This document shows, one piece after another, positions 10,326-19,724 of a stretch of DNA of 51,594 bases. Origin of the DNA: an uncultured Prevotella sp. (GTDB taxonomy: Bacteria; Spirochaetota; Spirochaetia; Treponematales; Treponemataceae). How positions within the stretch are numbered: the stretch's first letter is position 1; each line of letters opens with the position of its first letter. The notes beneath the pieces were generated by a model, which searched no databases, was not told the DNA's origin, and saw nothing but the letters and a program-made list of their open reading frames with translations. A program made the translations under genes and the position numbers. The stretch spans positions 16,469 through 68,062 of the forward strand of contig CAVGBY010000001.1 in NCBI GenBank assembly GCA_963627355.1, written 5' to 3'.

Positions 10326-10398
10326 GCGCGACCCGCTTTTGCTGCAAGTCCTCATTCCGCGGCGGCTCCATTCCGGTCTTTCCGCCACAATCGGGGCT
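10326..10398. repeat. GC-rich interspersed structured element
   Basis: GC-rich island in an AT-rich spacer; reverse complement has GATTGTGGCGGAAAG (13/15 match to 51540-51554) and ATGGAGCCGCCGCGG (similar to the 34.8 kb element). Confidence 0.55.
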
Positions 10399-10423
10399 AA
10401 GTTTCTTCTTTACCGCAGTTTTT

Positions 10424-12337
10424 TCAGCGCGTCTGCTGTTCCTTTAAAATTTCCGGCAGCATATAAACGTCTTTTACGCCGCCCACAAGAATTGCACCCA
10501 TTCCCATTTCCAGCGGCAGCGAAAGATCCATGTCGTAGCGGTCGCCAACAGAAAGACATTCTTCCGCCTTTGCGCCGGTTTCTTCCATCGCAAGTTCAAA
10601 CGGTTCAACCGCCGGCTTAGATTTTCCGCAGGTGTCCAGCCCTATGATTTTTGGAATCAGGTCAGAAATTCCCAGCGCGTCCAGAGTTTTTCTTGCCGGA
10701 AGAACAGGATTGTTTGTGACGCAGATTATTTTATATTTTTGCTTTAAAATCTTGATTGTTTCAATTAGTTTTTCGTCGCGGCTCAGGAAATTTGCCGGTT
10801 CCAGGAGATTTCTTCGCATTTCTACGCTTTCCTGGATTGTTACACCAAAATTTGTAAGTGTATTTCCAAGGCTGATTTTTTTTCCGCTATGCTGTTTTGA
10901 CCAGTTTTTTCTGAATTCGCTTATTTCATTCCGGGCCTGGCGCGCGGTTATTCCACGTTTTTTTGCCCAGTATCTTATCTGGATGTCAACCTGCTCAAAG
11001 GCGTATGCCGGCGATGTGTACAAGGTTGAGTCAATATCAAATATTATTGTCTTTAAATTTTCCGGAACCTTAAAAATTTTTATTTTATTTGTCTGTTTTT
11101 GCGCTGCTGTGATTTTTTTTGTGCGGCGGACAGTTTTTTTTGCCGCCTCCTGCAAATTTTCAAAAAGTCCAAGTCCGTGCAGCGCTACCACAGCGTTTCC
11201 TGTAAGTTCCGCATCCGGTGTGTTGCATATTTCAAGGTTCATATTGCAGTCAAATGCTTTTTTTTCAAGCCAGCGTACATTTTTTGCCTGTCCGCCGGTT
11301 ACGCTCATTTCCGGGAAAAATGCCAGCGAGTTTTCCTGCGCTAGTTTTTTTAGCGCATTAACCGCATTTTTTACAGAATCAGAAAGTCCGCAAAGAATTC
11401 TGTAGCCTTCGCTGTTTTTGTCATCAAGCGAATAGTCGATTATCTCTTCCCAGGAAAGCTCTTTTTTTTCAAGCAGGGAAATTTCGTTTTTGTATTCGCT
11501 TATCGCATTTCCGGAGTCTGGAATCAGTACAGAGATGTTCCACAATCCTGGAACTGCGCTCGGCAGCGTTCTAAAGCCTTCCTTAAAAACTGGTTTTTCC
11601 GCGCAAAGGTTTATTCCTTCGCTGGAGCCGCTTCTGTCGCAAATTTTTCCCGGCTCGACAGTTGCAGTTCCCAAAAGCGCGGTTACAAAATCCGGCCCGC
11701 CGCAAAAAACAGGCACTTCCGGAATTCCAAATTCATTTACCGCCTCTTTTGCCACATTCCCGGCGTTGTGTCCAAGCGTAACAAAATCAGGGATTTTTTC
11801 TGCATCAATTCCAAATTTCTTGAGTTCTGTCTTGTTCCAGTAGGCTGCCTTGAACCGTTCTTCCGGCAGGACAGAAATTGCGTTTCCTGTAAGTTTAAAG
11901 ACAACAAATTCCGGACCGGAAAAAATAAACTTTGAGGAATTCCATTCGTCCGGGAAATTTTTCTTAAAGGTCAAGAACTTAGGAATGTAAAGTGATTTTG
12001 TGTTCTGCGCCGCGTTTTTTATCTCTTCAGAAACTGGAGCGTTCCACAAAACTGTGCGGCCGCTTTCTGAGACAACAGTCGGTCCGTTTCCGGAGATGCA
12101 GATTGCAGTAATTTGAACAGAATCCTTGACCAGTTCCGCGCATCCGGCCTTAAAAGCCAAAAGCCACTGGTTTGCAATAAATGAGTCGTTTTTGTTGCTA
12201 AAAAAATTTTGTACAGAACAAAGAACCTCGCCGTCCTGGGAAATTATTCCCATTTTCAGCGAGGTTGTTCCAATGTCTGCACAAAGAATAAAATTCTTTC
12301 CGCAGATTTTATTTTGCCTCTTTTGCGGCGGCGGCAT
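10424..12337 (-). CDS. FGGY-family carbohydrate kinase fused to a C-terminal HAD-family phosphatase
   Basis: N-term ADIGTTSLK, GGPDF, SGSSEG, VTGGQA; C-term IIFDIDSTLY (DxD), VTNN, KSKP, VGDRYDMD; start uncertain because it overlaps prs. Confidence 0.8.
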   Translation of the reverse strand: MPPPQKRQNKICGKNFILCADIGTTSLKMGIISQDGEVLCSVQNFFSNKNDSFIANQWLLAFKAGCAELVKDSVQITAICISGNGPTVVSESGRTVLWNAPVSEEIKNAAQNTKSLYIPKFLTFKKNFPDEWNSSKFIFSGPEFVVFKLTGNAISVLPEERFKAAYWNKTELKKFGIDAEKIPDFVTLGHNAGNVAKEAVNEFGIPEVPVFCGGPDFVTALLGTATVEPGKICDRSGSSEGINLCAEKPVFKEGFRTLPSAVPGLWNISVLIPDSGNAISEYKNEISLLEKKELSWEEIIDYSLDDKNSEGYRILCGLSDSVKNAVNALKKLAQENSLAFFPEMSVTGGQAKNVRWLEKKAFDCNMNLEICNTPDAELTGNAVVALHGLGLFENLQEAAKKTVRRTKKITAAQKQTNKIKIFKVPENLKTIIFDIDSTLYTSPAYAFEQVDIQIRYWAKKRGITARQARNEISEFRKNWSKQHSGKKISLGNTLTNFGVTIQESVEMRRNLLEPANFLSRDEKLIETIKILKQKYKIICVTNNPVLPARKTLDALGISDLIPKIIGLDTCGKSKPAVEPFELAMEETGAKAEECLSVGDRYDMDLSLPLEMGMGAILVGGVKDVYMLPEILKEQQTR

Positions 12338-13577
12338 CTTGCTGTGTTTTTACAATTTTTTCTATTATATTGCGGTTGTCAAGAAGGTCGCCGATTGACT
12401 GATTGTGATGGATTCTTGTGATTACGTTCGCGAACAGCCCGGAAACATCCGTGCTGATGTACCATTCCTTTGTAAGAAGCTCCTCGTGGTAAACAGCGTT
12501 CGTTCCGATTACGCGGTAGAACAATCCCTGCTTGTACGCCTCGTCAAAAAGCTCAATCGCATTTCCTGTAAAGAACGGCAGACTGATTGCGGCGATTACT
12601 TTTGTGGCTCCGTTGTCCTTCAGGAAAGACATTGCCTTGAGCAAAGTTCCGCCGGTTCCAAGCATATCATCCGCAAGGAATGCGACTTTTCCTTTAACAT
12701 CGCCAAGAAGTTTTACGCTTTTTATGTTTGTGTCTTTTGCGTTCTGTGTTACAACTGAATAATCACGTTCCTTGTAGATCATCGCAAGCGGAAGCTTTAG
12801 TCCTGAAGCATAGAATTTGTTCCGGTCAATTGCGCCTGTATCCGGGGAAACAACAACAAGGTCATCTTCCTTTCCGGTAAGGTCAACAATTTTTCCAAGT
12901 TCACGGATAATCTGGTAACTTGCGTGAAGGTTTTCAAGATTGATTGTGCTGAACGCGTTTACAATCTCGCGGCTGTGGATGTCGAGTGTAATAATCCGCG
13001 AAACACCTAGCATTTCATATACATGACCGAGCATTGCCGCGGCAAGCCCCTCTCGTCCCTTTTTCTTGTGCTGGCGGCTGTACGGATAAACTGGTACAAC
13101 CAGAGTGATATGCGCGGCTCCCGCCTGACGTACAGAATCGATTGTGTTCAAAAGGCACATCAGATGGTCATTTACAGAAAGTGAAAGTTTATTTTTTCCA
13201 CCGTTAAGGCTTATAACCTCATGATTTTCTACATCCTGAAAGATAAAGACATCTTTTCCCCGGATAGACTCATTGATTTCAGTTTTAAATTCTCCGTTCG
13301 CAAAGTAAGTAAACGTTGTGTCAACTTTAAAGATTGGAGCACGGTACTTGTCGATTGCGCCACGGATAACCAGATCAGATGTCTCAAGGTCATTGTCAAG
13401 GTTAATCTTGTTGATAAGTTCTGATTTTTCAAGATTGTAGCGTTTTGAAATAGCATCGTTTTTGAGTGTAAAACGGTGCTTATACATGTGTTTTAAATGT
13501 GTGATTACTGCATCTGCAAAGGCTTCTCCGCCAGGGCATGCAATAACCGCAAGATCAGTTGGTTCTGAATACGGCAT
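12309..13577 (-). CDS. prs: Ribose-phosphate pyrophosphokinase
   Basis: FANGE, PYSRQHKK, TLDIHS, VVVSPDTGA, LADDMLGTGGTL. Confidence 0.95.
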   Translation of the reverse strand: MPYSEPTDLAVIACPGGEAFADAVITHLKHMYKHRFTLKNDAISKRYNLEKSELINKINLDNDLETSDLVIRGAIDKYRAPIFKVDTTFTYFANGEFKTEINESIRGKDVFIFQDVENHEVISLNGGKNKLSLSVNDHLMCLLNTIDSVRQAGAAHITLVVPVYPYSRQHKKKGREGLAAAMLGHVYEMLGVSRIITLDIHSREIVNAFSTINLENLHASYQIIRELGKIVDLTGKEDDLVVVSPDTGAIDRNKFYASGLKLPLAMIYKERDYSVVTQNAKDTNIKSVKLLGDVKGKVAFLADDMLGTGGTLLKAMSFLKDNGATKVIAAISLPFFTGNAIELFDEAYKQGLFYRVIGTNAVYHEELLTKEWYISTDVSGLFANVITRIHHNQSIGDLLDNRNIIEKIVKTQQDAAAAKEAK

Positions 13578-13670
13578 TCTTCAAACCTCTTTTTTATTGT
13601 GGAAGTAGAAAGATAATACCATTTTTCTTTAAGTTAGGAAATAGTAATTTTACTTAACCCGAATTTCAGG

Positions 13671-14636
13671 CTATCTTAGGAAAATGTAGAAATCGTAGGC
13701 CGCGTACAGCAAAACCATGATTATTCCGCAGGCCCGGTTCAGTTTGTATTTAGGGCGGGACATAATCCAGACAAGCGCGCTCAGGGCAATCAGTATAAGT
13801 GTGTCAAAAATGTAGGTTGACTCAACGTTAAGCGGTCGGATTGCCGCGGAAACTCCAAGGATGAACAGTATATTAAAAATATTCGAGCCGATTACATTTC
13901 CCATCGCAATATCGTTTTCGCCTTTTTTTGCCGCAATCACGCTTGTTACAAGTTCAGGAAGGCTAGTTCCAAACGCCACAACGGTAAGTCCAATCAGAGT
14001 GTCGCTGACTCCTGCCGTCTTCGCGATAAAAGTGGCGCTTTTTACAACCATCTGCCCGCCGGCGATTACTCCGGCAAGTCCAAGCGCAGTAAAAAGAATA
14101 CTTTTTGAAACGGAAGATTTTTTTTCATCAGTGGTTTCTTCAGATTCTTCATTTTTGTTCGCCATTGAATACGAAACCGTTGAATACATAAAAATCACAA
14201 AGAACAGAAGAAGCATGATTCCGTCCGCACGCGAGATAAGATTTTCTGCCGCGTCCGGAGTAAAAATTTTATCAGAAATTATTAATAAAAGCGCGATAGT
14301 GATCAGAATAGAAAAAGGAAAGTCTTTTTTCATCAGGGATTTTCCCATTTCTATTGGAGAAATTGCGGCCGCAAGACCTGCCACAAGCATAAGGTTTACA
14401 ATGTTTGAGCCGACAACGTTTCCGATTGCGATTCCGTCGATTCCTTTTATTGCGGAAGTGACGCTGACAGCAAGTTCAGGAAGACTTGTTCCAAAAGAAA
14501 CTATTGTAAGCCCGATGACAATTGAAGGAATGTGGAATGCCTTTGCGATTGCCGAGGCTCCGTCAACAAAAAAGTCTGCGCCTTTTACCAAAAATAAAAA
14601 GCCTGCCAAAAGGATAAGAATCTGAAGAAAAATCAT
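13671..14636 (-). CDS. Calcium/sodium antiporter (YrbG/CaCA family)
   Basis: Duplicated alpha repeats GTSLPEL...GNVVGSN / GTSLPEL...GNVIGSN; about 10 TM. Confidence 0.93.
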   Translation of the reverse strand: MIFLQILILLAGFLFLVKGADFFVDGASAIAKAFHIPSIVIGLTIVSFGTSLPELAVSVTSAIKGIDGIAIGNVVGSNIVNLMLVAGLAAAISPIEMGKSLMKKDFPFSILITIALLLIISDKIFTPDAAENLISRADGIMLLLFFVIFMYSTVSYSMANKNEESEETTDEKKSSVSKSILFTALGLAGVIAGGQMVVKSATFIAKTAGVSDTLIGLTVVAFGTSLPELVTSVIAAKKGENDIAMGNVIGSNIFNILFILGVSAAIRPLNVESTYIFDTLILIALSALVWIMSRPKYKLNRACGIIMVLLYAAYDFYIFLR

Positions 14637-14674
14637 TGCCGCTCCAATAAAAAAATATTAAAGATTATAGCATT

Positions 14675-15049
14675 TTAGGCGTTGATGGAAAAGAGAGCCC
14701 CCGGTTCGGGACGCGCGCCTGCCACTCCGTTTGGAACTGAATCTGCGGCCTGCACCGCCTGTCTTATCTGCGTCTGATAATTAGTGATCAGCGAGTCAAT
14801 CTGTTCCGGCGTTGAATTTTTTACAGCAGCCGGAATTTTTCCGCTTTTTATTGAAGAAAGATGGTCGATAAGAGTGTTCAAGATCTGGATTTTTGAGATA
14901 GAAATGCCGTTCTGCCCGTTTTTTGCGACAAATCCAGAAACATGGTCAAAGTGTGAGTACAGCACAACAGACTTGCTTACAGGCACATAAAGTTTTGCCG
15001 CGTTTGATGAGGAAACATTTGTGTATGCAGAATTGATTGAAAGCGACAT
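14675..15049 (-). CDS. Hypothetical protein with a putative sigma28 promoter
   Basis: 124 aa ORF, GGAGG RBS, fills the gap between co-oriented genes. Confidence 0.7.
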   Translation of the reverse strand: MSLSINSAYTNVSSSNAAKLYVPVSKSVVLYSHFDHVSGFVAKNGQNGISISKIQILNTLIDHLSSIKSGKIPAAVKNSTPEQIDSLITNYQTQIRQAVQAADSVPNGVAGARPEPGALFSINA

Positions 15050-15086
15050 ATCAACCTCCGGAATTCAAAGCATTTCTACACTTTAA

Positions 15087-15113
15087 ACATCGGAAGGTTG
15101 AAGACGAAGTTTA
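15087..15113 (-). promoter_or_regulatory. Sigma28 (FliA)-type promoter
   Basis: TAAA-N15-TCCGATGT versus consensus TAAA-N15-GCCGATAA. Confidence 0.65.
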
Positions 15114-15124
15114 GAAAAATAAGG

Positions 15125-16447
15125 CTAAAGCCCTAGTTTTTTCAGGTCTGAGTAGCGTTCTTCCATTGTTGGAATTTTCTTTCCATCTTCAGCCTGTACC
15201 GCATCAGCAAGATATGGAATTATCACCCGGTATTTTATTTTGTTCCAGATTGTCGGTTTTTTGTCTGAAACTGAAAAAGTTCCCGCCTGCGGAATATTTG
15301 TCAGCATTGCAGGGTAATAGACCGGAAGAATATGCTCGTTCACATCCTTTAAGGAAGAAAATCCGCCTGCGATTCCGAATTGCGTTGTGTCAAGGTTTGA
15401 CTTTATTTTTCGTTCAATAAGAATGTGCTGCGTTTCCGTTGTAAAAAACCATGAGATAAATTCAGAGGCAAGCAAGGTTTTCTTTGTGTCCTTTGCAATT
15501 CCCATGGAAATTATTGAGTCTTCCACAGGAATAAATCCGTTGTGGTTAAGCCATCGGAAGTCCAGTTTTGAAAGCTGGGCCGTGCTCATAGAAAAAAGCG
15601 CGTCCGATGTGACAAAAGAAAAGAGCGTCCTTCCGGAAGTTACCTGCTTGTCCGGTGTTTCGGAAAGATATTTGTAGACAAAATCGCTTTCAACCTGAGG
15701 TGAGGTGTTTTCAGAGGAAATCCATTCCTTCAGATATTTTATTGTTCCATCCACAGAATCCCTGTTCCATGTGAATGAGTTGTTTTTGTCCTCGCGGAAA
15801 TTCGCTCCCAGAAACTGGGCTGTTGTGTAGATAAAATTCGTGTTTCCCTGCGGCGCAAATCCGATTGCGGTGTAGTTTCCTTTTTTGTTCTTCTTGTTGA
15901 AAGCCGAGCCAGATTCCCGCAGTTCTTCCAGCGAGATTGTATAGTTGTTCTTTATAAGATTTTTGTTTTCAGTTGAAAAAATCATCGCCGGAATATTGAA
16001 ATTCACCGGCAAAAGATACTGATGATGCCCGATTGTTCCGTATTTTAGAAGTGTTTTGTAAAAATCATTTGAGGAAAGATACTTTCTGTTAAAAAGAAAG
16101 TCCAGAGCGATAAAATTCTTTTTTACCCTGCTGTTCTTTAAAAGCGAGCCTACGATTATGTCCGGCTGAAGTTCGTCTGGCTCGGGCGGAAGGCTGTCCG
16201 CGATATTTTCCTTGTAGACAAGAACCGCCTTTTGCCTGTGTTCCCTGTTGTAAAGTTCAATGAGCGGCGCGAATTCGCTGTTGTCAGTCCATATTACAAG
16301 CCGTTTTTCCGGCTTTTTTTTGCAGCCCGCCAGCATAAATACCGAAAGGACTGCCACTAACAACAGCAGAATTTTCAGAGGTCTGAATGATTTTTCAGGC
16401 ATAAGTTGTTGAAAAAAACGGTTTTTTTTTGTAACAACATTATGCAC
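15125..16447 (-). CDS. Extracellular solute-binding-like lipoprotein
   Basis: Signal peptide with lipobox LAGC, LVIWTD start typical of sugar-type SBPs; true start may be ATG 16402. Confidence 0.7.
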   Translation of the reverse strand: MHNVVTKKNRFFQQLMPEKSFRPLKILLLLVAVLSVFMLAGCKKKPEKRLVIWTDNSEFAPLIELYNREHRQKAVLVYKENIADSLPPEPDELQPDIIVGSLLKNSRVKKNFIALDFLFNRKYLSSNDFYKTLLKYGTIGHHQYLLPVNFNIPAMIFSTENKNLIKNNYTISLEELRESGSAFNKKNKKGNYTAIGFAPQGNTNFIYTTAQFLGANFREDKNNSFTWNRDSVDGTIKYLKEWISSENTSPQVESDFVYKYLSETPDKQVTSGRTLFSFVTSDALFSMSTAQLSKLDFRWLNHNGFIPVEDSIISMGIAKDTKKTLLASEFISWFFTTETQHILIERKIKSNLDTTQFGIAGGFSSLKDVNEHILPVYYPAMLTNIPQAGTFSVSDKKPTIWNKIKYRVIIPYLADAVQAEDGKKIPTMEERYSDLKKLGL

Positions 16448-17738
16448 GCTTCATTTCCTCGGCTGTATTGTAGATTTCTGCGTAGACTTTTTCTATAAGT
16501 TCTTTTTCAATGCTGCTGAATGCGACGCGCAGGGTATTTTCGTCAATCGAGATTGTTCCGATTCCTTTTTCGTTCAAAAGTTTCTTTCGCAAATCCTCGG
16601 CGTCAATTCCGTTTGTATGGAAGCTCATAAAATAGCCGGAGTTGAACGGAAGCGGCTCGATTGCTTCTGACTTGTGCGAATCTACAAATTTTCTTACTTC
16701 ATCGTAGCGTTCCTTAAGAATCTTTTTGAAAGCGGCTTTTTCCGCGTCATTGTTAGGGTCCTGGAACGACTTTAAGATAAGGTTCTGCGAAGGGGTTGCC
16801 GCGCATGAAACCGAAGAGCGGATAACACCCATAAGTTTTTTTACAAGCGCGTCGTACTGAGCGTCTGTAAAGCCTTTGCATCCAAAAGTAAGGAATCCGC
16901 ATCTTAAGCCCCATGCAAAATCTTCTTTTGTAGGACCGTCTGCTTTTACTGCAAGAATATTCTCGTGAAGATCCGCGATGTGGGCAAAAAGACTTTCCGG
17001 CTCAATATTATCCTCGTAGTTCAATCCGAAGTAGGCGTCGTCGCTTATAACCATGATTTTTGCGCCTGTTTCTGCCGTTTCCTTTAGGATTCTGCAAAGT
17101 TCCTTTACTTCCTCAACAGTCGGGCTGTATCCGGAAGGATTCTGCGGAAAATTCAGGATAAGACGAACTGAGCCATATTTTTTTGCCTCATTTTTTACGG
17201 CTTCTTCAAGTCCTGCTATATTGAATTTTCCATTCTTGAACATTTCAAACTGGTGGAATTCAGCGCCACGGCGCGCATCCGCAATAAGAACGTAGTTGTC
17301 CCAGCTAGGATTCGGGGCAAGCATTGGTTTTTCTGAATCAACAAAAAGATCCATAACATAAGAAAGTCCGGCGGTAAGACCTGGAACTACAACAGGAAGC
17401 GAAGTTTTCTTGTCCTTTAAAGAAGGATTTTTCTGAATCTGCTTCTGTTTCCATGCCTCGCGGATTGCTGGAATTCCTGCGGTCGGCGCATATGCGACCA
17501 GTTCACCGGATGTCATTTCCGGAGCCCACCTGTGGATGGAAGGAAGAATCGCCGGTTTTCCGTTTATCACGGTAGTTCCGACTGTTCCGTTCGCAACAGA
17601 GGCTTTCTGCTTTGCTTCTCCGCCCTGAGAAATGATTCCACGCGGAAAATAAATCCGTTTTCCAAGGTCAGAAAATAATTTTTCTGCCGATGTGCCTTTT
17701 AATAAATCGTTTAATTCTTGTGCTAATGGGTTCAACAT
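16440..17738 (-). CDS. PLP-dependent aminotransferase class I/II
   Basis: NFPQNPSG, ISDDAY, GPTKEDFAWGLRCG; upstream TTTACA-17-TATAAT promoter. Confidence 0.9.
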   Translation of the reverse strand: MLNPLAQELNDLLKGTSAEKLFSDLGKRIYFPRGIISQGGEAKQKASVANGTVGTTVINGKPAILPSIHRWAPEMTSGELVAYAPTAGIPAIREAWKQKQIQKNPSLKDKKTSLPVVVPGLTAGLSYVMDLFVDSEKPMLAPNPSWDNYVLIADARRGAEFHQFEMFKNGKFNIAGLEEAVKNEAKKYGSVRLILNFPQNPSGYSPTVEEVKELCRILKETAETGAKIMVISDDAYFGLNYEDNIEPESLFAHIADLHENILAVKADGPTKEDFAWGLRCGFLTFGCKGFTDAQYDALVKKLMGVIRSSVSCAATPSQNLILKSFQDPNNDAEKAAFKKILKERYDEVRKFVDSHKSEAIEPLPFNSGYFMSFHTNGIDAEDLRKKLLNEKGIGTISIDENTLRVAFSSIEKELIEKVYAEIYNTAEEMKRA

Positions 17739-17813
17739 GATAAATTAAATTATAGTGATTTTATAAATCAATGTAAATCAATATTGTATATTTATGCATT
17801 TTAGGTGTGAAAA

Positions 17814-18803
17814 ATGGAAAAAAATAACATAAATCTTGTTGAACTTGAAAATTGTAGAAAACTTGTTGAAAAGTGCCGGGAAGAGGCAAAAAAACGTCTT
17901 GTTGGTCAGGAATATCTTATCGACGGAATTTTAACGGCTTTTGTTGCCGGCGGTCATGTTCTTGTTGAGGGCGTTCCGGGGCTTGCAAAAACCCTTGCGG
18001 TAAAGACGTTCGCGGAAATCAGCGGACTTGATTTTAAGCGGATTCAGTTTACCCCGGATCTTTTGCCGGCGGATGTAAGCGGAACCCTTATCTATGAGCA
18101 GGGGAAAGGAACGTTCAGCGTGCGGAAAGGTCCTGTTTTTTCAAATGTTGTTCTTGCGGACGAAATTAACCGCGCTCCTGCCAAGGTTCAGTCTGCAATG
18201 CTGGAGGCAATGGAAGAAAAGCAGGTTACAATCGGGGAGGAGACTTTTAGGCTTCCTGAGCCATTCTTTGTTCTTGCAACACAAAACCCGATTGAGCAGG
18301 AAGGAACTTACAATCTTCCGGAAGCAGAGCTTGACCGGTTCCTGTTAAAAATCAATGTTTCTTATCCAACTGCGGAAGAAGAGGTTGAAATTGTAAAAAC
18401 TCAAGGTTCTGCCTCAAAAGTTCCTGTTACCCAGATTCTTACTCCAAAGGATTTGCTTAATTTTAGGGAACTGAATTCCATGATTGCGTGCGACAACAAG
18501 ATTGTTGAATATATTGTTCAGTTGATTTCTGTCACACGCCCGAATTTAAAGAAAAAAACCGAGCATGATATTACACGCTACATAACTTTCGGGGCTTCTC
18601 CGCGTGCTGGAATTGCTCTTCTGCAGTGCGCAAAGGCAACCGCGCTTCTTGCCGGCCGTTCTTTTGTTCTTCCGGAAGATGTAAAAAAAGTCGCTCCGCT
18701 TGTGCTGCGCCACAGGATTGTCCTTTCTTACGAGGCAGCCGCGGACAATATCTCTGCGGATGAGATTATTGAAAAAATCCTGGATTTTATTCCGGTTCCG
18801 TAA
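17814..18803 (+). CDS. moxR: MoxR family AAA+ ATPase
   Basis: EGVPGLAKT, RIQFTPDLLPAD, LADEINRA, ATQNPIEQEGTY.LPEAELDRF. Confidence 0.95.
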   Translation: MEKNNINLVELENCRKLVEKCREEAKKRLVGQEYLIDGILTAFVAGGHVLVEGVPGLAKTLAVKTFAEISGLDFKRIQFTPDLLPADVSGTLIYEQGKGTFSVRKGPVFSNVVLADEINRAPAKVQSAMLEAMEEKQVTIGEETFRLPEPFFVLATQNPIEQEGTYNLPEAELDRFLLKINVSYPTAEEEVEIVKTQGSASKVPVTQILTPKDLLNFRELNSMIACDNKIVEYIVQLISVTRPNLKKKTEHDITRYITFGASPRAGIALLQCAKATALLAGRSFVLPEDVKKVAPLVLRHRIVLSYEAAADNISADEIIEKILDFIPVP

Positions 18804-18812
18804 GGTAAAAAG

Positions 18813-19724
18813 ATGGAACATTTGCTTTCAGGCTCTAAGGATTCTTTGTTTCAAAAAGCCACATACCTGCGCATTGCGGCCCGAAAACTTGCTGACACTA
18901 TGAAAAGCGGAGGATTCCGTTCTCTTTACCGTGGGCAGGGCATAGAATTTGCCGGGGTACGCGAATACCTGCGTGGCGACGATGTGCGTTCAATCGACTG
19001 GAATGTTACGGCGCGCATGGGAAAACCTTTTGTAAAAATGTTTGATGAGGAGCGTGAGCTTGAGATTTTTCTGATAGTTGACCGTTCTGCCTCGATGTTT
19101 ACAGGTTCAAAAGGAAGAGTGAAATACGAGACCGCCGCGGAAGTTGCGGCTCTTTTGGCTTTGGCCGGCGAACTGAACGAAAGTCCTGTAGGGGCAGTTT
19201 TTTTTGACGGAAGAATTCATTTTTCATGCAAGCCTGATTTCGGCAGGGAACGCACGATGCACATTCTTTCAAAACTTGACGAATTCAGCGGTGCGGTAAA
19301 AGGTTCTGTCCTTGGAAATGCGATTACAGGGGCGGTCAAGATGCTGAAACATCATTCCCTTGTGTTTGTGATTTCTGATTTTAGGAATTCCGGCTGGGAA
19401 GAGCCTTTTAAACTTTTGTGTCAGAAAAACGATGTTGCCGCTGTCCGCATTGCCGATTCAACTGACTGGGAATTGCCGGACGCTGGCTCCTTTGAATTTA
19501 CTGACAACGAAACGAACGTCCAGATGGTTTTGCCTACTTCTTCCTTGGATTTTAAGTCCGCATGGCGTGATGCCTACAGAAGAAGGACCGCCCGGATGGA
19601 AGATTTCTGCGCCCGCCGCGGAGCCGGTTTTGTCTCAATCTCGACGGAAGAGGATGTTGTCCGCATTCTTCTGAATTTTTTTGCTTCAAGAAATTCCGGG
19701 AGCTACAGATGGGGAGGCAGATAA
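18813..19724 (+). CDS. DUF58 domain protein
   Basis: GIEFAGVREYLRGDDVRSIDWNVTAR, DRSASM, VISDF. Confidence 0.92.
   Translation: MEHLLSGSKDSLFQKATYLRIAARKLADTMKSGGFRSLYRGQGIEFAGVREYLRGDDVRSIDWNVTARMGKPFVKMFDEERELEIFLIVDRSASMFTGSKGRVKYETAAEVAALLALAGELNESPVGAVFFDGRIHFSCKPDFGRERTMHILSKLDEFSGAVKGSVLGNAITGAVKMLKHHSLVFVISDFRNSGWEEPFKLLCQKNDVAAVRIADSTDWELPDAGSFEFTDNETNVQMVLPTSSLDFKSAWRDAYRRRTARMEDFCARRGAGFVSISTEEDVVRILLNFFASRNSGSYRWGGR

Noticed and set aside
7816..14625. Antisense ORFs 7816-8433, 10632-11405 and 13861-14625
   Set aside because: Lie opposite well-supported genes; S/F/I-rich mirror-frame composition
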